DNA of 64,000 nucleotides. It comes from Thermoplasmatota archaeon (GTDB taxonomy: Archaea > Thermoplasmatota > JAKEGO01). Positions within the stretch are counted from its first letter, which is position 1; every line of letters starts with the position of its first letter. Both the position numbers and the translations under genes were made by a program. This document shows, piece after piece, positions 26,981 through 34,571 of this stretch. The stretch is taken from contig JANQNK010000002.1 of the NCBI GenBank assembly GCA_028279595.1, forward strand, positions 1,970 through 65,969. The letters run 5' to 3'. The notes under the pieces are model-generated. The model was not told the origin of the DNA and searched no databases. It saw nothing but the letters and a program-made list of their open reading frames with translations.

Positions 26981-27052
26981 CGAGGCACCCTCCTAGGCAT
27001 CTCCCTAGGCACCTCCCTAAGCACCCTCCTAGGCACCCCCCTAGGCACCCCC
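26981..27052. repeat. Six tandem copies of a 12-bp unit, CTAGGCACCYCC
   Basis: Units at 26981, 26993, 27005, 27017, 27029 and 27041, read directly. A GC-rich array in AT-rich non-coding DNA, 90 bp past the integrase stop. Confidence 0.9.
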
Positions 27053-27142
27053 CACACCCACCTTGAACATGTTAGTTGTCACCTGAATGTGCTGAACCGA
27101 GGTCCATGAAGGAAGCGCATTAATCGCTTTCTCGGAAGGCAT

Positions 27143-28090
27143 CTAGATTCTTAGTTTAGGGATGTAGGAGAGGTACATTCGACGAAGCTCGGCGGCGTCG
27201 ATGTGATGGTATATGTCAATTGCCTCTGCACGGCGGTCGCCTCTAAGCTCCTTGACATGCTCTCTCGGCATTCCGGACCGGATAAGATGCGTCGTGAACC
27301 AATGTCGGAGGCAGTGAGGGCCGAAGTGATCCTCAAATTTGTCGGAGTCGGGATTGTGGAAACCGAGCTTAATTGCCGGATTAACGATGGCTTTCCATGC
27401 CGCGTTTCGGGAGAGTCGTGATCCTGTCTGGTAACTCACGAAGAGAGCATCGGTGGTAGTCCCGAGTTTATCACGGACTCTCATCCACCGTTGGAGTGCC
27501 CTCGAAGCCTCGTCGTCGAAGAAGACTCGCCGGTTGGACCGCTTCGGGGTGGGTTTGAGCATAGCGGATCCTTCGGTCCAATTGATATCGCTGACGTCGA
27601 GCTTGAGCATCTCACCTCGTCGTATACCGGTCTTCGCGAGGAGCAGTATCATCGCCTTGTCACGGGGATCCATTACGGCACTCACGAGAGCGGAGAGCTG
27701 TTCAACTGACAGTAACTGACGTGTCGATTGCTCATGGCCGTTCTTATAGCGCTTCAAATAGCGCTTTCGGAACGGAAGAACGAGGTTATTGTCGACATAC
27801 TCCTCGAACATGAGGTAATCGTAGAACGACGAGAGGACCGAGAAGTAGTTCTCAAGTGTCTTGAACTTGACCTTACGCTCCTCCATAAGGTAAGATAGGA
27901 AATCTCGGAGAGTGTCCATACTAAGGTCCAACGGAGAAATTTCGTGACGATTGAGGTATTGAATGAAAATGTTCAGACTCGTTTGATAGTGGCGGATCGA
28001 TTCCATGGTCATATTCTGCAACTTGCAGTCTTCGATGTATGCCTCTAGCAGGGCATCAGGATCCATTTTCTTGCCCTTCTTCTTTGCCAT
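27143..28090 (-). CDS. Tyrosine recombinase / phage-type integrase (XerC/D-like)
   Basis: LLLAKTGIRRGEM (catalytic Arg), HCLRHWFTTHL (H-x-x-R), LRGDRRAEAIDIYHH (catalytic Tyr). N-terminal SAM-like domain. ATG 28090 overlaps the upstream TGA by 1 nt. Confidence 0.9.
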   Translation of the reverse strand: MAKKKGKKMDPDALLEAYIEDCKLQNMTMESIRHYQTSLNIFIQYLNRHEISPLDLSMDTLRDFLSYLMEERKVKFKTLENYFSVLSSFYDYLMFEEYVDNNLVLPFRKRYLKRYKNGHEQSTRQLLSVEQLSALVSAVMDPRDKAMILLLAKTGIRRGEMLKLDVSDINWTEGSAMLKPTPKRSNRRVFFDDEASRALQRWMRVRDKLGTTTDALFVSYQTGSRLSRNAAWKAIVNPAIKLGFHNPDSDKFEDHFGPHCLRHWFTTHLIRSGMPREHVKELRGDRRAEAIDIYHHIDAAELRRMYLSYIPKLRI

Positions 28091-28635
28091 CACGAACCCC
28101 TCCAACGCCATTTCTTGCCGAGACATTCAACGACACCTATCTGTTCTAGCATCTCTAGCTGGATCGAGATCGCATTAATGAAATCCGATTGTGTTGACTT
28201 TATACCAAGCTTCCGCAGGATGTCGCCTTGAGTAAGAGGTTTGGTTGACGACCTGAGTATCTCTATTAGTTCCGGATCGAATGGCCTCGGTCCCTCGAAG
28301 TCATTGTCGAGGAATGGTGCAGAGCGATAACGTTTCAACTCGGTGTCGAGAGAATCACTGAGATTGCGTAGCATACGATTCTCTTGTTCAAGTTCCTTGA
28401 CCATCTCGTCCCTGATCTGAATCTGTTCAAGTAGTTCGAGCCGAGAAGGTCCTTGGTCCTCATCAACCTCGGTATTGAGTGAGTCAATCACGCGTTGAAT
28501 GATGAACTTCGAGATAGACATGTTCTCGTTAGTGGCACGAGCCTTCCACTCTTCTGCTAACTCGACTGATGGTAAATACACATACAAGGCACGTTGTTTT
28601 ATTGTCTCAGTCTTCCCTTTATTTGGTTTCCCCAT
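28090..28635 (-). CDS. Ribbon-helix-helix / coiled-coil / winged-helix protein (candidate element regulator or excision factor)
   Basis: N-terminus QRALYVYLPSVELAEEWKARATNENMSISKFIIQRVIDSL (RHH pattern). Central coiled coil. C-terminus LTQGDILRKLGIKSTQSDFINAISIQLEMLEQIGVVE. Translationally coupled to the integrase. Confidence 0.65.
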   Translation of the reverse strand: MGKPNKGKTETIKQRALYVYLPSVELAEEWKARATNENMSISKFIIQRVIDSLNTEVDEDQGPSRLELLEQIQIRDEMVKELEQENRMLRNLSDSLDTELKRYRSAPFLDNDFEGPRPFDPELIEILRSSTKPLTQGDILRKLGIKSTQSDFINAISIQLEMLEQIGVVECLGKKWRWRGS

Positions 28636-28653
28636 AGGTATCGTAATTACAAT

Positions 28654-28685
28654 ATTACTAATCCTATTAGTAATTTACTAGTAAA
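28654..28685. promoter_or_regulatory. Two adjacent palindromes (ATTACTAAT-CCT-ATTAGTAAT and TTTACTAGTAAA) in the 51-bp gap between the regulator start and the tRNA
   Basis: Arms at 28654-28662/28666-28674 and the 12-bp palindrome at 28674-28685, read directly. Confidence 0.45.
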
Positions 28686-28686
28686 A

Positions 28687-28774
28687 TGGTGCGGGGGAAG
28701 GGATTTGAACCCTCGGACTCCTTCGAGAACAGATCTTGAGTCTGCCGCCTTTGGCCAGGCTGGGCTACCCCCGC
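28687..28774 (-). tRNA. tRNA-Leu (anticodon CAA), class II, genomically encoded CCA
   Basis: Manual fold: acceptor GCGGGGG/CCCCCGC, anticodon stem GCAGA/TCTGT, loop CTCAAGA, 14-nt variable arm with CTC/GAG stem, T arm GAGGG-TTCAAAT-CCCTT, discriminator A73, then CCA. Confidence 0.85.
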
Positions 28775-28820
28775 AGGGATTGACCTGATAGCATCGTGGG
28801 TCTATAATACAATTACGAAA

Positions 28821-29783
28821 TCAAGATTCTCGATGATGGGCCAGTATCGAAAGGACCTTGGGGACCGTCTGCCTCGTCCGGTCGATCCTCACACCCATTA
28901 TCAGGTGCTTCGGGGAATACCTCTTGGAGACCTCGGCGCAGATCCTGTCCACGTGGCCGACGGTCAGGTCCATGCCACCGATGATGTGTACGAGCGCTGC
29001 GTCTATGTCACTCTGCGAAAGCAGGTCGATTCCGCCCTCGGATACGGGCTGGCCCGCTTCCTGCTGTTCCATCAGCGGGAACTCCGAGCAGGAGACGAGG
29101 GCCTCGCGGCCGTAACCGAGGACGGTCCGGAGGTCGGCAAGATCGAGATTTATCAAGGAAGGGAACATGAAGATCTCGAGGATCCGGGAGAGAAGGTCTC
29201 CGACGTCGTCCGAGTCCAGGACGATTATTCCCCTGTAATGGGAACTCACGGTCCCCTGGTCGAACGCGCCCTTCTGCGCTGCGAGCAATGTGAACGGCAC
29301 TTCGGCGAGTTTCGCCACCTCACCGAGGCGGATGGCCTTGCCCTCCTGGTCCGACGAGAGCGCCATCACGATAAGCATATCGATGTCATCCATAACACAG
29401 ACCAGTTCGTCGTCAGTAGCGCTGTCCAAACATACCCCAGTGATCCCTTTGTGGGCGTCCTCCGACTGGAGGTCGCAGTAGAGATTGAGCGATAAGGAGG
29501 TGAGACTGCACATCCTGTCCGGAGCTTCCGGACCGAGACCGAACAGCACAATCCTAGGCTTCCCAGACATGCGCATCTCCCCGTCGTGGCTGGTTTCCGT
29601 TTTAAAAAAAACGGAGCCGCTGTTCGGTGAATGGAGGCTCTTGCAGCGAAGAGGATGCAGAGGCTTGAGCGTTAGGACGTCGTATGGGGGCATAACGACG
29701 TTAAATCCGCTCTCGCGGATCCACCGAACAGCGGCTTGGCGGGCACTAAGACCCACCAGAGGTGACGCTTCATCCCATCCCAT
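28821..29783 (-). CDS. Degenerate FtsZ/tubulin-like protein lacking the GGGTGxG nucleotide-binding signature
   Basis: INLDLADLRTVL (cf. FtsZ T7 loop NLDFAD) and ALVHIIGGMDLTVGHV (cf. ITGG.DLTL.E) are retained. The signature position reads MLIVMALSSDQEGKA. The start may instead be Met70 (29576). Confidence 0.55.
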   Translation of the reverse strand: MGWDEASPLVGLSARQAAVRWIRESGFNVVMPPYDVLTLKPLHPLRCKSLHSPNSGSVFFKTETSHDGEMRMSGKPRIVLFGLGPEAPDRMCSLTSLSLNLYCDLQSEDAHKGITGVCLDSATDDELVCVMDDIDMLIVMALSSDQEGKAIRLGEVAKLAEVPFTLLAAQKGAFDQGTVSSHYRGIIVLDSDDVGDLLSRILEIFMFPSLINLDLADLRTVLGYGREALVSCSEFPLMEQQEAGQPVSEGGIDLLSQSDIDAALVHIIGGMDLTVGHVDRICAEVSKRYSPKHLIMGVRIDRTRQTVPKVLSILAHHRES

Positions 29784-29795
29784 CTGGCTCGTGAT

Positions 29796-30185
29796 TTACG
29801 GTTCTACCGAGATCCCTCCGCCCTTCATCTTTGCTACGACGGCCTTCGTCTCTTCCATCATAGAGGGAAGCTGTCGTATGTGCGCTATGCGCTGGGCGAC
29901 GTAGAGCTCGAGCGATTTGTCGATGATACCCTCCCACGATCGTTGATCACCGATCGATATGAGGTGGTCCATCTCTCCCATCCGCTCCTTGGGCAGTCGG
30001 ACGCGGATCGACACGACGTTCCGCCGCGGCGTCCGCATCTCCCTGAATTCCTCGAAGGCGCGTTCGAGCAGTTCTCTCCTGCTCCTGAACCCCTCCTTCC
30101 TCACAAGGAGGTCAAGCTCATCGAGGGTCTCCCGGTCGATGCGTAGACTGACCATGACTTTGTCGGCCCGGCCTGTCTCACGCAT
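29796..30185 (-). CDS. Tandem ribbon-helix-helix (CopG-like) protein
   Basis: Two RHH-like units: VMVSLRIDRETLDELDLLVRKEGFRSRRELLERAFEEF and VVSIRVRLPKERMGEMDHLISIGDQRSWEGIIDKSLELYV. Sits 12 nt upstream of the FtsZ-like ORF. Confidence 0.6.
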   Translation of the reverse strand: MRETGRADKVMVSLRIDRETLDELDLLVRKEGFRSRRELLERAFEEFREMRTPRRNVVSIRVRLPKERMGEMDHLISIGDQRSWEGIIDKSLELYVAQRIAHIRQLPSMMEETKAVVAKMKGGGISVEP

Positions 30186-30495
30186 ACCGGTTATATAAGA
30201 TGTACAATATTTAAGCCTTTCTGCCTTTTAATTACAAATGTAGTAAAAGAAAGAACTCTGTAAAAGGGACCACCCCACCACCCCGGGCAATACAGGGTAT
30301 GTAATATACGTATAAATATCTTACTGTTCAGGTGGATCTCGCCATTTCCACTGGAACCCCCGAAACCGGTATTTTGTAATACATTGGGTTCTACCTGTAA
30401 TACAGATGAATACAGGCAATTTTGAACGTAAAATGATGTAAAATTCCAGCTTATACGAAGGATACTCCTGTTTACGGTTTGTATTACAAATGCAT

Positions 30496-31617
30496 TCACT
30501 TTGCAATGCGTCCGCGGGTCAAAAGCGAGGCCACCATTTCCGCTGTAGAATCCCAGGTGTAGCGCTTGACGACGTAGTCCTTCCCCCTTTCGGCGATCGG
30601 AAGGGCGTCCATCCCGTAGACGAGCTCCTCGACCTTCCTCTCGATGGTCCTCGGATCGTTGTCGGGCATGAGGAACTCGGGAGTGACGTCCTTGAGCTCC
30701 GCCGTGCTCACGTTCTCGGTCACGAGAAGGGGTACTCCGCAGGCCAAGGTCTCTAGCACCTTCATCGGGAAGGCTAGCCTGTCCGTCGGTATCGGGACGG
30801 CGCAGAGGTCAGCGGCGTTGGTGTAGGCCGGAACGTCAGTGTACGGTACCGATCCCGTGAATATGACGTCCTTGTGCACCATCAACTCCTTCAGGATGCT
30901 CCCTCCACCGACGACGACCAGTTTGAGATCGTCATGCTTCACCTTCAATGAATGGAACGCCTCGATGAGGTTCGAGATCCCCTGCCACGGTTCGACCGCA
31001 CCGATGAACACGACGATCTTCCCGTCGGGAAGTCCGAGCATCTCCCGGCAGACGTCCCGGTCGATCGGCTTGAAGCGATCGGTGTTGGTCCCGTTCGGTA
31101 TGAAAACGATCCGTTCGGGCTCGTCGATCCCGTAGTAATCCGTCAGACCCTTCCGATGGACCTCGTAGAGGAGCACGATCTTCGTCGCCCGTTTCAGAAG
31201 CTTCCTGTCGATGTTGAATGTCAGCCTCTTCAGCAATCCGGAGCCCTTGTACTCGAGGGACGGGAACCCGTTGATCTCGACGTAGAGCGGGACCTTGCGT
31301 TTCTTCACCGCGAGAAGGGGTCCGAGGGCGAAGCTCCTGAAGCGGAGGTAGACGGCGTCCAGGTCCTCCATCTTGCGGATCCTGCGATATGTACGCCATT
31401 CGAACTTCAACCGCGAGAATGCGCCCTTGACGGGCATGTCGTCTATCACCAGACCCTTGGCCTTGACCTTCGGAAGGAGGTCCCTCATGAACGAGCCGGT
31501 CCCGATCAGCGCCACGAGCTCCCCGTCGAGGTACTTTGGCACCCTCTCCATGAGCTCGGCGCCGTGGATGCTGTCCCCGATACCGCCCAGGAGGGCGGAG
31601 AAGGCCATCCTTCCCAT
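30496..31617 (-). CDS. GT4-family (GT-B) glycosyltransferase
   Basis: C-terminal motif VPIPTDRLAFPMKVLETLACGVPLLVTE. FIGAVEPWQG. Paralog of the next gene. Confidence 0.85.
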   Translation of the reverse strand: MGRMAFSALLGGIGDSIHGAELMERVPKYLDGELVALIGTGSFMRDLLPKVKAKGLVIDDMPVKGAFSRLKFEWRTYRRIRKMEDLDAVYLRFRSFALGPLLAVKKRKVPLYVEINGFPSLEYKGSGLLKRLTFNIDRKLLKRATKIVLLYEVHRKGLTDYYGIDEPERIVFIPNGTNTDRFKPIDRDVCREMLGLPDGKIVVFIGAVEPWQGISNLIEAFHSLKVKHDDLKLVVVGGGSILKELMVHKDVIFTGSVPYTDVPAYTNAADLCAVPIPTDRLAFPMKVLETLACGVPLLVTENVSTAELKDVTPEFLMPDNDPRTIERKVEELVYGMDALPIAERGKDYVVKRYTWDSTAEMVASLLTRGRIAK

Positions 31618-31641
31618 GACGCGGCATCGCGTTCCGCATTA

Positions 31642-32856
31642 TTAATGCTTGACGCTGGTCCTGACGCCCTTACCGGACCGCGTAGCGACGGGATGATGCC
31701 CCGACCTTCTACGAACGCGTCCCTCCGCGGCGATGTGGTCCAGCTCACGGGAGAACATCCTGGCCGATCGATCCCAGCTGTAGCGGGAGGTGACGTAGCG
31801 TCTGCCCATAGCGCCTATGCCCCGTCCGTCGGACCCGTAGAGGACCCGCTCGAGCGCGCAGGCGATGGTCATTATCCCATTGTCGTCGAGGAGGAGTGCG
31901 GGGGCGACCTCCTCGAGCTCCCTCGTGCTCTCGTTCCGGGTGACGAGCGCGGGAACACCGCAGGCGAGTGATTCGAGTACCTTCATCGGGAACGCAAGCC
32001 TGTCCACTGGGATCGGAGCCACCGTCACGTCCGCCGCATTGATGTACCTCGGTATGTCCTCAGATGGGACGATCCCCCTGTACTGGACCCCCTCACTTAG
32101 CTTCAGGTCCTCGGCCATGGTCCCGCCTCCGACTATCACGAGGCTGAGGTCCGGATGCAGTTCCCTCATTATGCAGAACGCTGCGATCAGCTCGTCGATG
32201 CCCTGCCACTTTTCGATAGCACCGAAGAACAGCACGATCCTCCCATCCGGCAGGCCGAGCGCCCTGCGGCACTCCTCCCCGTCCATCGGCCTGAATCGTT
32301 CGAGGTCCGCTCCGTTCGGGATCACCCTCGGAAGGTCGGGGTCATCGATCCCGTAGCACCTCTCCAGTCCCTGACGGGCGACCCCACTGGGGAGCACCAC
32401 CGAATCGGCGCCGTTTATCACCATCCTGTCGAACGGTTTGGAGATCCTCATCGCCGCATCGTTGATCCTGGTCCCGGAATATTCCAGCTCCGGGAACCCG
32501 TCCAGATGCAGGACCACCGGTACGTCCTTCAATTTCGCGTACAACATCGGACCAAACCCCAATATCCTGAACCTGAGGAAGACCGCTTCGGGCCTCCTTA
32601 TCCTCAGGAGCCTTACGAACGTCCTCAGCTCGAAGAGGAGACGGGAGATCGCTCCATCGACGGACACGCTCTCGACATCGACACTGACGCCGCTCTCATC
32701 GGAAAGGGTATCCATGAAATCGCAGGAGCCCACCAGTCCCTCGAAATCTCCGTTCAGGGTGTTCGGGATCCTCCTCAGGAGCTCGGTCCCCTGAACGCTG
32801 TCGCCGATCCCTCCGTAAAGGGCGGAGATCGCTATCGTCCCCATATAATATTCCAC
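31642..32856 (-). CDS. GT4-family glycosyltransferase (tandem paralog)
   Basis: APIPVDRLAFPMKVLESLACGVPALVTR and FFGAIEKWQG. Colinear with 30496-31617. Confidence 0.85.
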   Translation of the reverse strand: MEYYMGTIAISALYGGIGDSVQGTELLRRIPNTLNGDFEGLVGSCDFMDTLSDESGVSVDVESVSVDGAISRLLFELRTFVRLLRIRRPEAVFLRFRILGFGPMLYAKLKDVPVVLHLDGFPELEYSGTRINDAAMRISKPFDRMVINGADSVVLPSGVARQGLERCYGIDDPDLPRVIPNGADLERFRPMDGEECRRALGLPDGRIVLFFGAIEKWQGIDELIAAFCIMRELHPDLSLVIVGGGTMAEDLKLSEGVQYRGIVPSEDIPRYINAADVTVAPIPVDRLAFPMKVLESLACGVPALVTRNESTRELEEVAPALLLDDNGIMTIACALERVLYGSDGRGIGAMGRRYVTSRYSWDRSARMFSRELDHIAAEGRVRRRSGHHPVATRSGKGVRTSVKH

Positions 32857-32906
32857 GGTCTCGCTCTTAATAATAGGTTTTGGGACATGTATCTATTAAT
32901 CGACGA

Positions 32907-34073
32907 TCAGGACAGCGTACCCGTCAACCTGTCTATCAGAACGTCCGAGGGCATGTCCTGGATGGACAGCCGGATGACCGTGGTCCTGCCCTTCGTCTCG
33001 CCCTGGCCCACCTTCGCCTCGATGAGGCCGAGGGAGTCGAGGTCCTTCAGGTACTTCCACAGCTGGGTATGTCCCCGCGGTTCCTCCCCGTACTCCTCCG
33101 CGACCGCCTGGTACTCCTTCTCGACGTCCCCGGTGGTGGTGTAGGCGGAGTCCTTGAGCATCCTCGCCGCAGCGATCAGCAGGAATCGCTGATGCCTGTC
33201 GAGCGCGCCCACTGTCTGCTCGTCGAAGACCGGATAGATCATCGCCTTGGCGGCCCTGACCTGCTCCACCGAGACCTGCTCCGCTCCCTTCTCGTCGGTC
33301 AGGAGACCGGACTTCTCGAGGAGCTCGATGGCGTAGCGGGCGTCCCCCTTCTCGCCGGCGATGTCCGCGATGAGGTCCACCGAATCCGCCGTCACTGTAC
33401 CGGGGAAGAAGGCCAGATCGACGCGCTGGTCCACGATCGTCGCGATGATGTCCCTCGGATAGCTCTCTAGACGGACCTGGTTCCCGCGCTTGAACGTGCT
33501 CAGCGCAGCGGGCTCCACCATGTTCTGGACCTGCTGTTGAGAAATCAGTATCAGAGATACCGACCCCTTGGAGTCCTTGTTCTCATCGTGGAAGCGGGTC
33601 AGGAGGTAGATGAGCTCGGAACCGGACTTCCGGAGCATGTAGTCCGCCTCGTCCAGTATCAGTATGAGGTCGACCCCCTTGTCGAGGTGCTTCTCCAGCG
33701 AATCGAGCATCTCCGACAGGGAGAAGCCCCTGTCAGGGAAGAAAGCGAAGTCGTTCAGGACGGCTAGCATCACCGCCGACGGTGAACGTCTGCGCCTGCA
33801 GTTGACGAGGACATGGCGGACGGCCCTGCCCCTGTTCTGGGCTGATTCCGTGAACTCCCTGCAGAACCAGCGTGCGAGGGCAGTCTTCCCCGAACCGATC
33901 GGCCCGGTGATGATGACGTTCTGCGGTCTGCCGTTGAGCAGCGGCACGAAAAGTGTGGTCAGACGCTGCTGGGCGTCCTTCCTCTCCACCAGCTCCTCCG
34001 GAACGTAGTCGAAGCTGAGCTTGTCGTAGTCCTGGAACACGGATCTGCTCGGAAGGAAGTCCTCGATGGGCAT
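32907..34073 (-). CDS. cdc6: Orc1/Cdc6 replication initiator
   Basis: Walker A ITGPIGSGKTALAR, Walker B LILILDEADYM, AAA+ lid, and a C-terminal winged helix (YLKDLDSLGLIE). Confidence 0.9.
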   Translation of the reverse strand: MPIEDFLPSRSVFQDYDKLSFDYVPEELVERKDAQQRLTTLFVPLLNGRPQNVIITGPIGSGKTALARWFCREFTESAQNRGRAVRHVLVNCRRRRSPSAVMLAVLNDFAFFPDRGFSLSEMLDSLEKHLDKGVDLILILDEADYMLRKSGSELIYLLTRFHDENKDSKGSVSLILISQQQVQNMVEPAALSTFKRGNQVRLESYPRDIIATIVDQRVDLAFFPGTVTADSVDLIADIAGEKGDARYAIELLEKSGLLTDEKGAEQVSVEQVRAAKAMIYPVFDEQTVGALDRHQRFLLIAAARMLKDSAYTTTGDVEKEYQAVAEEYGEEPRGHTQLWKYLKDLDSLGLIEAKVGQGETKGRTTVIRLSIQDMPSDVLIDRLTGTLS

Positions 34074-34155
34074 CTGTCCAGGGATGCTTGCGATGGCTAT
34101 TAAACATTGTGGAACGGAAGTGGAAAAGAAGGAGAGGGATCCGTTCCGATCTCAC

Positions 34156-34263
34156 GAAAATGAATTATGGTAGAACGATATCTTTTCCGCTCGTGGCCCA
34201 ATGGGAATCCCAGGCCACGCTGCAATCGCAGATCACTCATGGGCGCGTGGCCTAGTCCGGATA
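34156..34263 (+). repeat. Upstream copy of a 108-nt tandem duplication (period 137 bp), ending in a 23-nt 5' fragment of tRNA-Arg
   Basis: 34156-34263 aligns with 34293-34400. 34241-34263 is identical to 34378-34400 (GGGCGCGTGGCCTAGTCCGGATA). Followed by a perfect hairpin GGATGAGC-TTT-GCTCATCC at 34267-34285. Confidence 0.85.
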
Positions 34264-34377
34264 CACGGATGAGCTTTGCTCATCCTGCTCGGGAAAATGA
34301 ATTATAGTAGAACGATATCATTCTCCCTCGTGGCATATTGGGAAACCTAGGCCACACTTCAATTGCAGATCGCTCAT

Positions 34378-34452
34378 GGGCGCGTGGCCTAGTCCGGATA
34401 TGGCGGCAGCCTCCTAAGCTGTAGATCGGGGGTTCGAATCCCCTCGCGCCCG
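34378..34452 (+). tRNA. tRNA-Arg (anticodon CCT)
   Basis: Manual fold: acceptor GGGCGCG/CGCGCCC, anticodon stem GCAGC/GCTGT, loop CTCCTAA, T arm GGGGG-TTCGAAT-CCCCT, discriminator G. No encoded CCA. Confidence 0.85.
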
Positions 34453-34571
34453 CTTCCCATTCATCCAGCCTACTGGATATCCCCATGCCAGCATCCCGTT
34501 TCACAAAAGCATTTATATAGGACCACTCTATGGAGAGCCACCAATAGCAGTTACATGTAGGAGGCACAACT

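Larger units (their letters stand above)
9250..28686. mobile_element. Integrated element / genomic island at tRNA-Leu(CAA); right end defined, left end uncertain and possibly beyond the window
   Basis: Sharp AT-rich to GC-rich switch exactly at the tRNA 3' end. Integrase and RHH regulator abut the tRNA. Cargo is surface proteins plus a defence-like operon. A compositional step occurs near 9.25 kb. No att duplicate was found by eye. Confidence 0.55.

Noticed and set aside
26981-27052. Whether the 12-bp tandem array is a CRISPR array or a coding repeat
   Set aside because: The units are contiguous with no spacers and far shorter than CRISPR repeats. No ORF of 60 aa or more spans them. No CRISPR array or cas gene was seen anywhere in the window.
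1-28686. Search for a duplicated 3' segment of tRNA-Leu (attL) inside the window
   Set aside because: I found no convincing partial copy (for example GGATTTGAACCC or TGGTGCGGGGG) by eye. This does not exclude a short or diverged copy and needs a computed search. No left boundary is therefore asserted.
34241-34290. Reading the upstream tRNA fragment as a second functional tRNA (for example with a TTT anticodon in the GATGA-GCTTTGC-TCATC hairpin)
   Set aside because: The loop would have C rather than U at position 33. There is no T arm and no 3' acceptor strand. It is better explained as a 5' fragment plus a hairpin.
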